Under the pieces are notes generated by a model that was not told the origin of the DNA, did not search any database, and saw only the letters and a program-made list of their open reading frames with translations. A DNA stretch of 64,000 nt from positions 512,001 to 576,000 of the forward strand of contig OZ219815.1 in NCBI GenBank assembly GCA_964291235.2, given 5' to 3'. Both the position numbers and the translations under genes were made by a program. Position 1 is the first letter of the stretch. Every line of letters starts with the position of its first letter. The stretch comes from Vicinamibacteria bacterium. GTDB lineage: Bacteria; Acidobacteriota; Vicinamibacteria; Marinacidobacterales; Marinacidobacteraceae. This document shows, one piece after another, positions 9,739-19,542 of this stretch.

Positions 9739-10728
9739 TCACCGGGGCGACTTCGCGCCCGGCACGGTGACGACCACTTTTCCTCTCACGCGACCCGCCT
9801 CCCAGTGCTGGATCGCCTGCGGGAGTCGGCTCAGGGGATAGGTGCTGTCTATGACGGGCCTTAGCTTGCCGGATTCCATCAGCTCCCCGAGAAGCGACAG
9901 GTCCTCGCTGTTGACGCGCGCCACGAAGAAGCGAAGGCGGTGCCGCACCACCGGTTTCGACGCGATCACCTTCAGGGTCGGGATCAGCGGTCCGAGCAGG
10001 CGGCCCCCGCGTGGCGCGCCGACCAGTACGTAGGCGCCCGCCGGCTTGAGCAGTCGCCGGCACGCGGAAAGGGGCCAGGTCGCGCGAATATCGACCATAA
10101 GGTCGAAACCCCGCTCGCCGGGGGCGAAGTCGTCCCGCGTGTAGTCGACCACTTGATCGGCCCCGACCGATCGGACGAGGTCGGCCGACGCGGCACTGCA
10201 GACGCCCGTGACCTCCGCGCCGAACGACTTGGCGAGCTGGACGGCGAACGAGCCAACGCCACCGGCGGCGCCCGTAATCAGTACTCGGTGCCCAGCTTGC
10301 AGACGCCCCTGATCGCGGAGTGCCTGGAGAGCGCTCAGACCCGCGACCGGAACGGCCGCCGCCTCCTCGAAGGTGACGCTCGCCGGCTTTGCCGAGAGGC
10401 TCTTTTCGTCGGCGCACGCGTACTCCGCGAAGGCCCCCCGGCACGCACCGAAGACGGAATCCCCGGGCCGGAACCGCGTGACCTTCGTGCCGACCGACTC
10501 GACTTCTCCGGCCACGTCGTTGCCCGGCACTTTCTCCCGCGGCGCCCGAATTCCGAAGCCAATCCGCAGCAGGTACGGGAGACCCGTCATCATGTACCAG
10601 TCCCCCGCATTGAAGGACGCGGCGCGCACGCGGAGACGGACCTGCGATTCGCCGAACGCCGGCTTTTGGATGTCTCGCAGTTCGAGGACGCGCGCCGGTC
10701 CGTAGGAGTCCTGAACGATCGCCCGCAT
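9739..10728 (-). CDS. NAD(P)-dependent medium-chain dehydrogenase/quinone oxidoreductase-like
   Basis: MRAIVQDSYGP, GNDVAGEVESVG, ITGAAGGVGSFAVQLAK, GKVVVTV. The start could also be 10752. Confidence 0.88.
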   Translation of the reverse strand: MRAIVQDSYGPARVLELRDIQKPAFGESQVRLRVRAASFNAGDWYMMTGLPYLLRIGFGIRAPREKVPGNDVAGEVESVGTKVTRFRPGDSVFGACRGAFAEYACADEKSLSAKPASVTFEEAAAVPVAGLSALQALRDQGRLQAGHRVLITGAAGGVGSFAVQLAKSFGAEVTGVCSAASADLVRSVGADQVVDYTRDDFAPGERGFDLMVDIRATWPLSACRRLLKPAGAYVLVGAPRGGRLLGPLIPTLKVIASKPVVRHRLRFFVARVNSEDLSLLGELMESGKLRPVIDSTYPLSRLPQAIQHWEAGRVRGKVVVTVPGAKSPR

Positions 10729-10788
10729 CAGATCCGCAGTCCCGGACGGCACTCCCGGCGGCGATCCGGTGGAGCGGGGCAGGCTGCC

Positions 10789-11985
10789 CTACTGTTCGCG
10801 GAGGGCCCCAATCACGCTGCGGCGGGCGGCGCCCACCGCCGGCAGGAAGCCCCCGATGGCCCCGATGATCAGGGCCAGGACGATCCCCTGCACCAGGAGT
10901 TGCGGGGTCACCTCGAAGGCAAAGGCCACCTGGCTGAAGGAAGCCCAGTTGATCGTCGCCGCCCGGAACCCGTCGAAGAGGAGCCAGGAGGCCGCCCCGC
11001 CGGCCGCCGCACCGATCAGCCCGAAGACGAGCGACTCGATCATCACCGAGAGCACGATCGGCAACCGGGAGAATCCAAGGGCGCGCAGGGTCGCGATCTC
11101 ACGCGAGCGGGAGGACACCGCCGCGTACATGGTGTTGAGCGCCGCGAACACGGCGCCGGCCGACATCATGACGACGATGATCCAGCCGACCACCGAGATG
11201 AACGTCTCGATCGGAGCGGACTGGGCGGCCATGTAGGTGGTCTGACGCTGGGCGCCCAGGCTCACCCGCGGATCATCGGCCAGCGCCTGTTCGAACTCGT
11301 CGAACATCCCGGCGTCCGTCAGGCGGACGAGGGCGACGTTCCAGGAGTTGCCGCGCTGGTACATCTGCTGGAGGATGCGGTTGTCGGTCCAGATCTCCGA
11401 CTCGGCGACGCCGCCGCCGGCCGTGAACCTGCCAACGACCTCCCAGGAGGCCCGGCCCACGTCGATCCGGTCCCCGACGAGCAAGCCCTCGAAGGCGCCG
11501 GCCGCCCCGTCGCCCACGATGACCTCGTTCCGTCCCGGCTCGAAGTTCCGGCCCTCCACGATTTCGAACTGGTCGCGCAGCGTGAAGGCCGCGGCTTCCA
11601 CACCCCGGAGCGGGACGTTCGCGTCGGTTCCCGCGCCCATCTTCTTCCGGTCGATGATCACGAACAGTTCCGGAGAGACGAGGGCGCCGTCGGGCCCCCG
11701 CGCCACCCCGGGGGCCTCCCAAAGGAGCTGGATGTCCTGGTGGTTCAGGATGCTGGCGGACTCGCCGGTGGAGCCCGAACGGAGCACTACCGCCACGTCG
11801 TCGCGCGCCTGCCCGGTCACCACCGACCTGAATCCGGCCGCCATCGAGAGCACGGCGACCAGGACCCCTACGACTCCGGCGATACCGAAGATCGCGACCG
11901 CCGAGACGGCGCGCCGCTCCCAGATGGTTTCCAGGTTGTAGCGGGTGACGGCCTGGCACTGCCGCAGGAGGGATCCTACGCCCAT
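10789..11985 (-). CDS. ABC transporter permease, MacB/FtsX family
   Basis: N-terminal TM, periplasmic domain, AALNTMYAAVSSRSREIATLRALGFS FtsX motif. Confidence 0.9.
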   Translation of the reverse strand: MGVGSLLRQCQAVTRYNLETIWERRAVSAVAIFGIAGVVGVLVAVLSMAAGFRSVVTGQARDDVAVVLRSGSTGESASILNHQDIQLLWEAPGVARGPDGALVSPELFVIIDRKKMGAGTDANVPLRGVEAAAFTLRDQFEIVEGRNFEPGRNEVIVGDGAAGAFEGLLVGDRIDVGRASWEVVGRFTAGGGVAESEIWTDNRILQQMYQRGNSWNVALVRLTDAGMFDEFEQALADDPRVSLGAQRQTTYMAAQSAPIETFISVVGWIIVVMMSAGAVFAALNTMYAAVSSRSREIATLRALGFSRLPIVLSVMIESLVFGLIGAAAGGAASWLLFDGFRAATINWASFSQVAFAFEVTPQLLVQGIVLALIIGAIGGFLPAVGAARRSVIGALREQ

Positions 11986-11997
11986 GTTCCCTACTCC

Positions 11998-13160
11998 CTA
12001 CAAGCGCCGCAGCGCGAGCGCCGTCTCGAGACGCATCGCCCGCCGCGCGGGAAAGATCCCGACGATCAGGCCGGTGACCACCGCCAGACCCAGCCCGAGG
12101 AGAAGGTCCTGAGGCCGCAGGAAGAGACCGGGGAAATAGGCGGCGAGCGCCGGGCGGAGAACCCTCTCGAGCCCCACGGCAAGCACCATGCCCAGGAACC
12201 CGGCGGTGGTGACCAGGGTCACCGATTCCATGAGAACGAGCCGCTGCACGCGGGTGGCGGTGAACCCGAGCGCCTTCAGCAACCCGATCTCGCCGATCCG
12301 TTCGCGCACGGACTGGGCCATCGTGTTCCCCGCCACCAGCAGGATGGTGAAAAAGACCGCGCCCAGGATCGAGGTCACAATCAGCCCCAGGTTGCCGACC
12401 TGGTTGGCGAATCCGGCGGCGAAGGCGCCTTCGGACTCGCTCTTGGTCTCGGCCGCCGAGTTCCGGAACGTGTCGTCGATCGCGGCGGCGATCTTCGGGC
12501 GGCCCGGTCGGGATCGGCAATTCGGACCGCGAACCAGCCGATCTGTCCCGCGGCCGAACGAGCGCGCCTCGTCGAAGAAGTCGTAGCGGAACAGGAATTG
12601 GGTCTCGTCGAAGCCTTCGACGTCGCTCTCGTAGATGCCGACCAGCTCGAACTCCCAGGCCTCGTCGCCCCGCCCCTGCTGCTGCCAGATGGTGGGCTGG
12701 AGCGGAATCCGGTCGCCAACCTCCAGCCGAACCGCTCAGCCAGCGCCCGGCCGACGATGGCGCCGTTTCGGGTCTCGATCCAGCGAAGCTTCGCCTCCTC
12801 CGGCACCAGGACCTCCGGATACATGTCGAGGTACTCCGCGGGCTCCACCGGAGACTGCATGAAGAAGTTGGCGGGATCCTGGTACACGCCGCCGAACCAG
12901 GTGAAGTGCACGGCGTCCACGACGCCCGGCACCTCCTCCATGTCCGCCTCGTAAGACTGGGGAAGGAGCTGGAACAGGGACACCTTGTGGCGGACCACCA
13001 GCCGGTCCTCGTTGGCGATATCCACCCCCATCGAGAAGGCGGTCTGCAGCATCGACAGGACCCCGAAGATGAGAAACGCGAAGACCACCGAGGAAAAGGT
13101 CAGGAACGTGCGCGTCTTCTTGCGGCGGAGCGCCGCGCTGATCAGGGTGAAGGAACTCAT
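11998..13160 (-). pseudogene. Second MacB/FtsX permease, interrupted by three single-base indels (near 12722, 12545, 12500)
   Basis: Stitched frames give RFGW[E]VGDRIPLQPTIW...FLFRYDFFDEARSFGRG/QIGWFAVRIADPDRAA/KIAAAIDDTFRNS...GNTMAQSVRERIGEIGLLKALGF; net -1 base. Confidence 0.82.
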
Positions 13161-13942
13161 ACGGCCGCCCCCGCCGGCTCGTGGGCGGGCAGCACGATCG
13201 TGCCGTCGTGTCCACAGTCGGCCAGCTGGCCGTCCACCAGATGGAGAATCCGGGACGCGCGCTCGGCCGCCTCCGGGTCGTGGGTCACCATCAGGATCGT
13301 CTTCCCCTGGTCGCGGTTCAGCGCCACCAGAAGATCCAGAATCTCGCCGCTCGTCGCCCGGTCGAGATCCCCGGTCGGCTCGTCGCAGACGAGGAGCACG
13401 GGATCGTTCACCAGGGCGCGGGCGATGCCGACCCGCTGCTGTTCGCCGCCCGAAAGCTCCCGGGGACGATGCTTGCCCCGCTCGGAAAGGCCGACGATCT
13501 CGAGGGCGATCTCGACGCGGCGGCGGCGCTCGCGCGCCGAGAACGAGGTCAGCAGCAGCGGTACCGCGACGTTCCGTTCGGCGTTCAGCGCCCCGAGGAG
13601 GTTCGAGAATTGGAAGACGAAGCCGATGTTGCGGGCCCGCCAGCCGGCGAGCTTCCGCTCGGAAAGGCGGTGGATCGGCGAACCGCCGACGATCACTTCA
13701 CCGCCCGTCGGCCGGTCAAGCCCGGCGATCAGGTTCAGCAGGGTGGACTTTCCGGAACCCGACGGCCCCATGAGGGCCAGGAAATCGCCCTGCTCCATGC
13801 GGAGGCTGAGTCCCCGCAGCACCGGAACCGGCGTCCGCCCCCGGCGGAAGGTCCGGGTGGCGTTCCGCACGTCCACCATGGCTTCGGCCGGCGCCTCGGC
13901 GCCGTGGCCACCCTGCGGTTCAGAAAGTTCTCTTTCGCTCAT
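13157..13942 (-). CDS. ABC transporter ATP-binding protein (LolD/MacB-like)
   Basis: GPSGSGKST, LSGGEQQRV, DEPTGDLD, MVTHD. Confidence 0.95.
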   Translation of the reverse strand: MSERELSEPQGGHGAEAPAEAMVDVRNATRTFRRGRTPVPVLRGLSLRMEQGDFLALMGPSGSGKSTLLNLIAGLDRPTGGEVIVGGSPIHRLSERKLAGWRARNIGFVFQFSNLLGALNAERNVAVPLLLTSFSARERRRRVEIALEIVGLSERGKHRPRELSGGEQQRVGIARALVNDPVLLVCDEPTGDLDRATSGEILDLLVALNRDQGKTILMVTHDPEAAERASRILHLVDGQLADCGHDGTIVLPAHEPAGAAV

Positions 13943-13963
13943 CGGATTGCCTCCCTCCCCGAC

Positions 13964-15199
13964 TTACGGGGCGGCTGCCGCTTCTATTACTTCCGCCCCG
14001 TCCTCGAGGTTTTCGAGGCCCTCCACGACCACGCGGTCACCCTCCACCAGTCCGGAGAGCACGAACACGTCCGTCCCGCGCCGGTCGCCGAGCCGTACCG
14101 CGCGACGCTGGACCCGTCCGTCGCGCACCAGATAGACGAGGTCCCGGCCGGTGTCCTGGAACAACGCGGCAGCCGCGACCAGCAGGCCCTCCGGGGCCTC
14201 TTCCGGCTCCGCTTCCGCGGACCGGAAACTCACCTTGACTCCCATGTCCGGCAGGATCCGGGGGTCCAGCTTTTCGAAACCGATCCGCACCCGGACCGTG
14301 GCCCGGTCGCGGTCCGCCGTCGGAATGATCGCGATCACGCGCGCCGGAATCGTCCAATCGTCGTAGGAGTCGAGCACGGCGTCCACCGGCTGCTCCGGCG
14401 ACACCCGGTTGATGTAGGCCTCGTTGACGTCCACCTCGATCTCGAGGGAGGTCATGTCCACGATCGTGCCGATGCCGGTGCGGGTGAACCCGGCACCCCC
14501 GGCGATCGGGGACATCATCTCGCCGGGCTGCGCGTTCTTGGCGGTGATCACGCCGTCGAAGGGCGCCCGGATCACCATGTCCTCGATCTGCTGGCGGATG
14601 ACTTCCACCTGCCGCTCCGAGACCCGGATGTCCCCGCGCTGGCGCTCGATGCGCGCTTCGAGGGTGGCGACCTCGCCGTTGACCTGATCGAGGTCCGCCT
14701 GCCCGGCAACCTCCTGTTCCACCAGGCGCCGGGTGCGGTCCTGGCGGAGGCGCGCCTCGGCGAGCTGGGCCTCCACCTCGAAGACCGCCTTGCCGGCCGC
14801 CGCCGTCTGCGCTTCCGCCAGCCGGAGATTTCGCTCCAGGTTCGAGGAGTCGAGCCGGGCGAGCACCTGGCCGGCGGCGACCTCCATGCCTTCCTCGATG
14901 GCGATCTCGGTGATCTGCCCCGCGGTCTTGGAAGAGACGGTTGCCTGACGCCGCGCGGTCACGTAGCCGCTCGCGTTGAGGACCGTGGTGCCGGCATCCA
15001 CCGACACGGACCGCACCCGCGCGGTGCGGACCGCGAGCACCTCCGGTTCTGATCCCAGCAGGAAGACCGCCGAGACACCGCCCCCGAGCACCAGGATCCC
15101 GCCGATGATCGCCGTCATCAGCGCGAAAGGGCGCGACCCGCGCTGCTCCTCGCCGATCTTGAGTTCGGCGAGCCGGTCAGCGGGTGTTGAAGGATTCAT
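13964..15199 (-). CDS. Efflux periplasmic adaptor (MacA/HlyD-type membrane fusion protein)
   Basis: N-terminal TM; ASGYVTARRQATVSSK, IRAPFDGVI, EIEVDVNEAYI, ILPDMGVKV. Confidence 0.92.
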   Translation of the reverse strand: MNPSTPADRLAELKIGEEQRGSRPFALMTAIIGGILVLGGGVSAVFLLGSEPEVLAVRTARVRSVSVDAGTTVLNASGYVTARRQATVSSKTAGQITEIAIEEGMEVAAGQVLARLDSSNLERNLRLAEAQTAAAGKAVFEVEAQLAEARLRQDRTRRLVEQEVAGQADLDQVNGEVATLEARIERQRGDIRVSERQVEVIRQQIEDMVIRAPFDGVITAKNAQPGEMMSPIAGGAGFTRTGIGTIVDMTSLEIEVDVNEAYINRVSPEQPVDAVLDSYDDWTIPARVIAIIPTADRDRATVRVRIGFEKLDPRILPDMGVKVSFRSAEAEPEEAPEGLLVAAAALFQDTGRDLVYLVRDGRVQRRAVRLGDRRGTDVFVLSGLVEGDRVVVEGLENLEDGAEVIEAAAAP

Positions 15200-15343
15200 T
15201 TTCCTGGATCAAGAGCCTACGCGGCATGAGAGGCAAAGGTTCCGGGCACTCGGTGCGGGAGCTGCTCCGGATTGAAGGCCGGAGAAGGGTCCGTCTCCGG
15301 TACGTTCGGGGCTCGCCAATCTTACAGACGGCGCGGCGCAACA

Positions 15344-15622
15344 TCATCGCTCTGCGGCGATCAGCGCCTGGAGTCGCTCGACGTGTCGCAACAGCGCGAC
15401 GCGGCCGACTTCGGTCAGGCGATAGCGGGTCTGCGGGCGGCGGCGCACGAAGCGCTTGCGCTCGATCACGTAACCGCCCTCGATCAATTTCCCGAGGTGG
15501 GCGCTCAGGTTGCCGTTCGTGGCCTTCACGGACTTTTGCAGGTCGGTGAAGGTGGCCCAGTCTACCGCCACCAATTCCGCGATGACCGCCAGGCGCACCC
15601 GGGACAGCAGGAGCTCATCCAT
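15344..15622 (-). CDS. Winged-helix transcriptional regulator (MarR/ArsR-like, HTH_34 type)
   Basis: RVRLAVIAEL...FTDLQKSVKATNGNLSAHLGKLIEGGYV...RPQTRYRLTEVGR. Confidence 0.85.
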   Translation of the reverse strand: MDELLLSRVRLAVIAELVAVDWATFTDLQKSVKATNGNLSAHLGKLIEGGYVIERKRFVRRRPQTRYRLTEVGRVALLRHVERLQALIAAER

Positions 15623-16181
15623 GAACGCGTCGAGTCCAGAGCACAATGGCGGGAACCGCCATACCCGCGATCCACCCGAGCGCGAGCGTCCCGTGGAACC
15701 AGGCGGGAGTGAACCCGGCTAAGGCGGAGGCGGCGAGCAGCGCGACCCCGCCCATGAGGAGCGGCCGACTCGCCTGGAGACCCACGATCAGGAGCGCGAT
15801 GCTGAGGCCGCCGCTCCAGAAGAGGGACATCGCCCTCGCGGGGATCACCGAGTGCTGGGCGGTGAGGTTCAAGAGCAAGATCACACCGAAGGCCGCCGCG
15901 AACGTGACGCCCGCCTGGCTGTCCGCCGCGGTTTCGCGCCCATCGGCCTGCCGGCTGGCGGCCCAGACGCTGATTCCGATCGCCGCCAGCATCAGGGGCA
16001 GATGGAAGGAGCTGTCGGGCGGCACGCGCAGTCCGGCTTCGCGAGCCTGCTGCACCCCGTTGATGACCCCGCCGTACAGACCCCAGGCCAGGAGGATGAG
16101 CGGCGGGATGTGCAGCGAGCGGTCCGCGGCGAGGATCCGGTCAACCAGCGCCAAGTCGCCGTGTGCGGTGGATTTGTCCAT
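15615..16181 (-). CDS. Hypothetical membrane protein (about 6 TM helices)
   Basis: Several hydrophobic segments; RBS AAGGAGG; overlaps the regulator start. Confidence 0.75.
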   Translation of the reverse strand: MDKSTAHGDLALVDRILAADRSLHIPPLILLAWGLYGGVINGVQQAREAGLRVPPDSSFHLPLMLAAIGISVWAASRQADGRETAADSQAGVTFAAAFGVILLLNLTAQHSVIPARAMSLFWSGGLSIALLIVGLQASRPLLMGGVALLAASALAGFTPAWFHGTLALGWIAGMAVPAIVLWTRRVHG

Positions 16182-16199
16182 GAGGGGTTTCCCTCCTTC

Positions 16200-16245
16200 A
16201 GAGTAGTCTGTTTTATAGATTATTCTGACTGCTTCCGACCGTCAA
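16200..16245 (-). promoter_or_regulatory. Sigma70-type promoter with overlapping imperfect palindrome (candidate operator)
   Basis: Minus strand TTGACG-17 nt-TAATCT; AT-rich imperfect palindrome AGAGTAGTCT...AGATTATTCT at 16200-16226. Confidence 0.6.
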
Positions 16246-16281
16246 CAAGCAGTGGCGGTCTGAAGCGCGCCGGAAGAACCG

Positions 16282-16938
16282 TTAAGAGCCGGAAACCTGC
16301 TGATCCGCGGGGAGGGTCAGCAGGACGCCGTAGCCGCCACAGCGCGGATCCTGAACGTAGTCCGGAATCAGACCTCCCGGACGGAAACCGATCCGCAGCT
16401 GCGCGGAGACGGTGGGGTCTTCGAGAGCCCCCGCGATCAGACGCCCGTAGTACTCGTGGGCGCTCATGCGGTCCGCAACCGCCCCGTAACCGTTCAGCAT
16501 GCCGACGGTGAGCTGGCCGCGCAGTCCGAGGCGCAGCGCGGTGGCTTGACGGGCGGTGTAGAGCGCCCGGGCGATGCCGCGGCGGCGCCAATCCGGGTGG
16601 ACGCCGACATCGGCCCCGTAGAGCCACTCTCCGTCCGGGTCGTGGGCGGCGAGCGACAGCCCGCCCAGGAACTCGGGAAAACGATGCCGCGGGTTCTTCA
16701 GGTCGAGGTCGAGCCGCAGGGTGGAAGTCGAGGCGATGGGGGCATGCGGCGGTTCGTCCGGGAGGGCGACGAACTGGCCCTCCGGAAAGAGCTCGACGTG
16801 GCGGCGGTAGTGCTCGGCTGCAAAACGTTCCGACGGGTCCAGCGTCGGAAACACGATCCGCTGGAGTGCGGCCAGCGCTTCCGCGTGGGCGAGCGCGGTC
16901 GGCGCAACTCTCCAGCCGGCCCCCGCGGACAGGGCCAA
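16282..16938 (-). CDS. GNAT family N-acetyltransferase (YkwB-like)
   Basis: FPEGQFVA, HDPDGEWLYGADVGVHPDWRRRGIARALY (acetyl-CoA motif), DPTVSAQLRIGF. Confidence 0.85.
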   Translation of the reverse strand: MALSAGAGWRVAPTALAHAEALAALQRIVFPTLDPSERFAAEHYRRHVELFPEGQFVALPDEPPHAPIASTSTLRLDLDLKNPRHRFPEFLGGLSLAAHDPDGEWLYGADVGVHPDWRRRGIARALYTARQATALRLGLRGQLTVGMLNGYGAVADRMSAHEYYGRLIAGALEDPTVSAQLRIGFRPGGLIPDYVQDPRCGGYGVLLTLPADQQVSGS

Positions 16939-16945
16939 GGTGCGC

Positions 16946-18448
16946 CTACCCCGCCGCCGGCGGACGAAGGGCGAGGGTGCCGAGCCGACCCTTGGCCTCG
17001 ATGGGCTGGCCGGAGGCGTCGGTGAGAACCCGCGGCGGGTGGCTCTTCTGGGTCAGCAGCGACACCCCGACCGTCACGAGCAGGGAGACCGGGGTGGCGA
17101 TGAGCGCGTTCGGAAGCTCCGTCGCGGTCCCCGGCGCGACCGCCTCCGAGACGAGCTCCACTCCGACGAGCCCCAGCCAGACAGCCAGGCCGGCGACGAT
17201 CCCCGACACCGCTCCCGGAGCGTTGGTCCGCTTCCAGTACATGCCCAGGGTGAGCGGGCCGAAGAGGCCCACCATCATCACCGTCCACGATTCGACCATG
17301 AGCGAATAGACGCTCTGGAACCAGAGGGCTACCGCCAGCGCCAGACCGCAGAAGATCACCACCCCCACGCGAACCGCGACCAAGACCTCCTTCGGCTTCA
17401 GGTCGGGGGCCAGGTTCCTCATGATGTTCTGGCCGAAGACGCTTGCCGGAGCGAGCAGACCGCTGTCCGCCGAACTCATGAGCGCCGAGAAGAGCGCCCC
17501 GAGGAACAGGGCGAGGCCCGCGGGAGGCAGGTACTCCATCGCGAGGCGCGGAACGATTTCCTCGGGGTTCTGGAGTCCCGGCATCAGGACCGAGCCGATC
17601 AGGCCGAGGGCCACCGGAATGAGGCCGACCACCAGGTAGAGCGAGCCCCCGAAGTAGGCGGCCCACTGCGCCACCCGTTCGCTCCGGGAACTGAGTGCCC
17701 GCTGCATGAGGTCCTGGCCCGGTAGGTTTCCGAGCCCGATCACCAGCCACGCCTGCAGGAAGAAGAGCCATTCCAGCAGGCCGCCGGTCGGCAGGAAGCG
17801 GGTGCGTCCCTCCGGCAGGCGCTCGAGCACGCCAGAAACTCCGCCGGCTTCCCCAAGGACGATCGGCAGCAGCAGCGAGATCGCGGCAATCAGGACCAGC
17901 GCCTGGAAGAAGTCGGTAAGCGTCACTCCCCACATCCCGCCGAGCACCGTGTAGACGAGCACGATGGCGGCGGCGATCAGGATGCTGGCGACGAAGGGGA
18001 GGCCGGCCATCGCCGAAAGCACGGTGCCGACCGCCAGGAGCTGCGAACCCACCCAGCCGATGTAGGCCGGAAGGATGGAGAGCGCCGAGAGGATCTCCGC
18101 CCCCCGGCCGAAGCGCTGGCGGAAGAAGTCGGGAACCGTGAGGAGCCGCATGCGCCGCAGCAGCCGCACGTAAAACGCCCCGGCAAGCAGCAGGCAGAGC
18201 GCCGCGCCAAAGGGGTCGGCCACCACCGCGTTGAGGCCGCCGGCGTAGGAAGCTCCCGCCGCTCCGATGAGCGTTCCGCCGCCGAACCAGGTCGCGAAGA
18301 GGGTGAAGGTGCAGAGCCCGAGTCCGAGCCGGCGGCCGGCGACGACGAAATCGGTGGCGTTCCGGATCCGGGTGGAGGCGACCACCCCCAGGAACATCAG
18401 CCCCGCCAGATAGACGCAGACGGCGACGATGACGAAGGTCTGGCTCAT
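16946..18448 (-). CDS. Sodium:solute symporter family protein (choline-transporter-like subgroup)
   Basis: DFVVAGRRL, FATWFGG, YTVLGGMWGVTLTDFFQ, QDLMQRALS, SALMSSADS; about 13 TM. Confidence 0.9.
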   Translation of the reverse strand: MSQTFVIVAVCVYLAGLMFLGVVASTRIRNATDFVVAGRRLGLGLCTFTLFATWFGGGTLIGAAGASYAGGLNAVVADPFGAALCLLLAGAFYVRLLRRMRLLTVPDFFRQRFGRGAEILSALSILPAYIGWVGSQLLAVGTVLSAMAGLPFVASILIAAAIVLVYTVLGGMWGVTLTDFFQALVLIAAISLLLPIVLGEAGGVSGVLERLPEGRTRFLPTGGLLEWLFFLQAWLVIGLGNLPGQDLMQRALSSRSERVAQWAAYFGGSLYLVVGLIPVALGLIGSVLMPGLQNPEEIVPRLAMEYLPPAGLALFLGALFSALMSSADSGLLAPASVFGQNIMRNLAPDLKPKEVLVAVRVGVVIFCGLALAVALWFQSVYSLMVESWTVMMVGLFGPLTLGMYWKRTNAPGAVSGIVAGLAVWLGLVGVELVSEAVAPGTATELPNALIATPVSLLVTVGVSLLTQKSHPPRVLTDASGQPIEAKGRLGTLALRPPAAG

Positions 18449-18519
18449 CGCGGCCCTGCAGCCGAAGCACCGCCGCCGGATTCCGGGCGCGGTGCCTCAG
18501 CCGGCTGCACGAAGTGTTG

Positions 18520-19542
18520 CTAGCGCGCGACGCGCTGCCGGTACGCCTCGGTCTCGTAAACCTCGGGGTTCACACAGTTCGGAGCCCGCTCCCGGTTCAG
18601 GTGCGCGACCGCGTTCTCGGCGCACATGGTGGCCATGCGGTCCCGGGTCGCCACGCTGCCGCTCGCGACGTGCGGCAGCATCACGACGTTGTCGCACTCC
18701 GCGAGTCCCGGCTCGAACGCGGGCTCGCGCTCGAATACGTCGAGACCGGCACCGCCGATCTCGCCCGACTTGAGCGCTTCCACGAGCGCGGCCTCGTGCA
18801 CCACCGGACCTCGTGCGGTGTTGATGAGGATGGCGCTGTTCTTCATTTTCCGGAAGGCGGACGCATCGAAGAGGTGATGGGTGGAGGGATTGAGATCGGT
18901 GTGGATGGTGACGAAGTCGCTGCGAGCGAGAAGCTCGTCGAACTCGGCGTACTCCACGTCGTCGCGGGCCTCGATGATCGCCTTCATGGGCGGGTCGAAA
19001 GCCAGCACGTCCATATCGAATCCCTGGGCGCGCTTGTGCATCGCCCGGCCGATGCGGCCGAAGCCGACCACTCCCAGCACCTTCCGGCGCCCGTCGCCGC
19101 CCGGGCTCACGTCGGCGCCCAGCATCAGCGAAGGCCCCCAGATCCGGTACTTGCCCTGTCGCATGTAGGCGTCGGCCGGAACCACCCGGCGGGCCGCCGA
19201 CATCAGCAGCGCCCACGCCAGGTCCGCCGTGGTGTCGGTCAGGACCCCGGGCGTGTTGGTGACGGGCAGACCAAGTTCGGTCGCGGTGTCCACGTCCACG
19301 TTGTTGAAGCCGACCGCGTAGTTGGCGACCCCGAGCAGTTGCGGAGCCGACTCCATGAGTTCCCGGTCCACCGCTTCCGTCAGGAGCGAGACGTGCACGT
19401 CGGCGCTCCGGGCGCCGGCCAGGACCTGCTCCCGGGGGGTCGAATCGCCATCGGCGGTGGGCGCCACCTCCACGTCAGCCGCGGCGCGCAGGATGGCGAG
19501 GCCGGCTTCCGGAATGGGACGGGTAACGAAGATGCGACTCAT
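18520..19542 (-). CDS. D-2-hydroxyacid dehydrogenase (glyoxylate/hydroxypyruvate reductase)
   Basis: VTNTPGVLTDTTAD, GFGRIG, INTARGPVV, GLDVFERE, LPHVAS. Confidence 0.92.
   Translation of the reverse strand: MSRIFVTRPIPEAGLAILRAAADVEVAPTADGDSTPREQVLAGARSADVHVSLLTEAVDRELMESAPQLLGVANYAVGFNNVDVDTATELGLPVTNTPGVLTDTTADLAWALLMSAARRVVPADAYMRQGKYRIWGPSLMLGADVSPGGDGRRKVLGVVGFGRIGRAMHKRAQGFDMDVLAFDPPMKAIIEARDDVEYAEFDELLARSDFVTIHTDLNPSTHHLFDASAFRKMKNSAILINTARGPVVHEAALVEALKSGEIGGAGLDVFEREPAFEPGLAECDNVVMLPHVASGSVATRDRMATMCAENAVAHLNRERAPNCVNPEVYETEAYRQRVAR

Noticed and set aside
995-12954. Long antisense ORFs (995-2404 +, 3419-5743 -, 9940-12954 +) and similar ones elsewhere (34156-36636 +, 49984-51948 -, 61268-63007 -)
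   Set aside because: High-GC shadow frames opposite well-supported genes, with no recognisable motifs.
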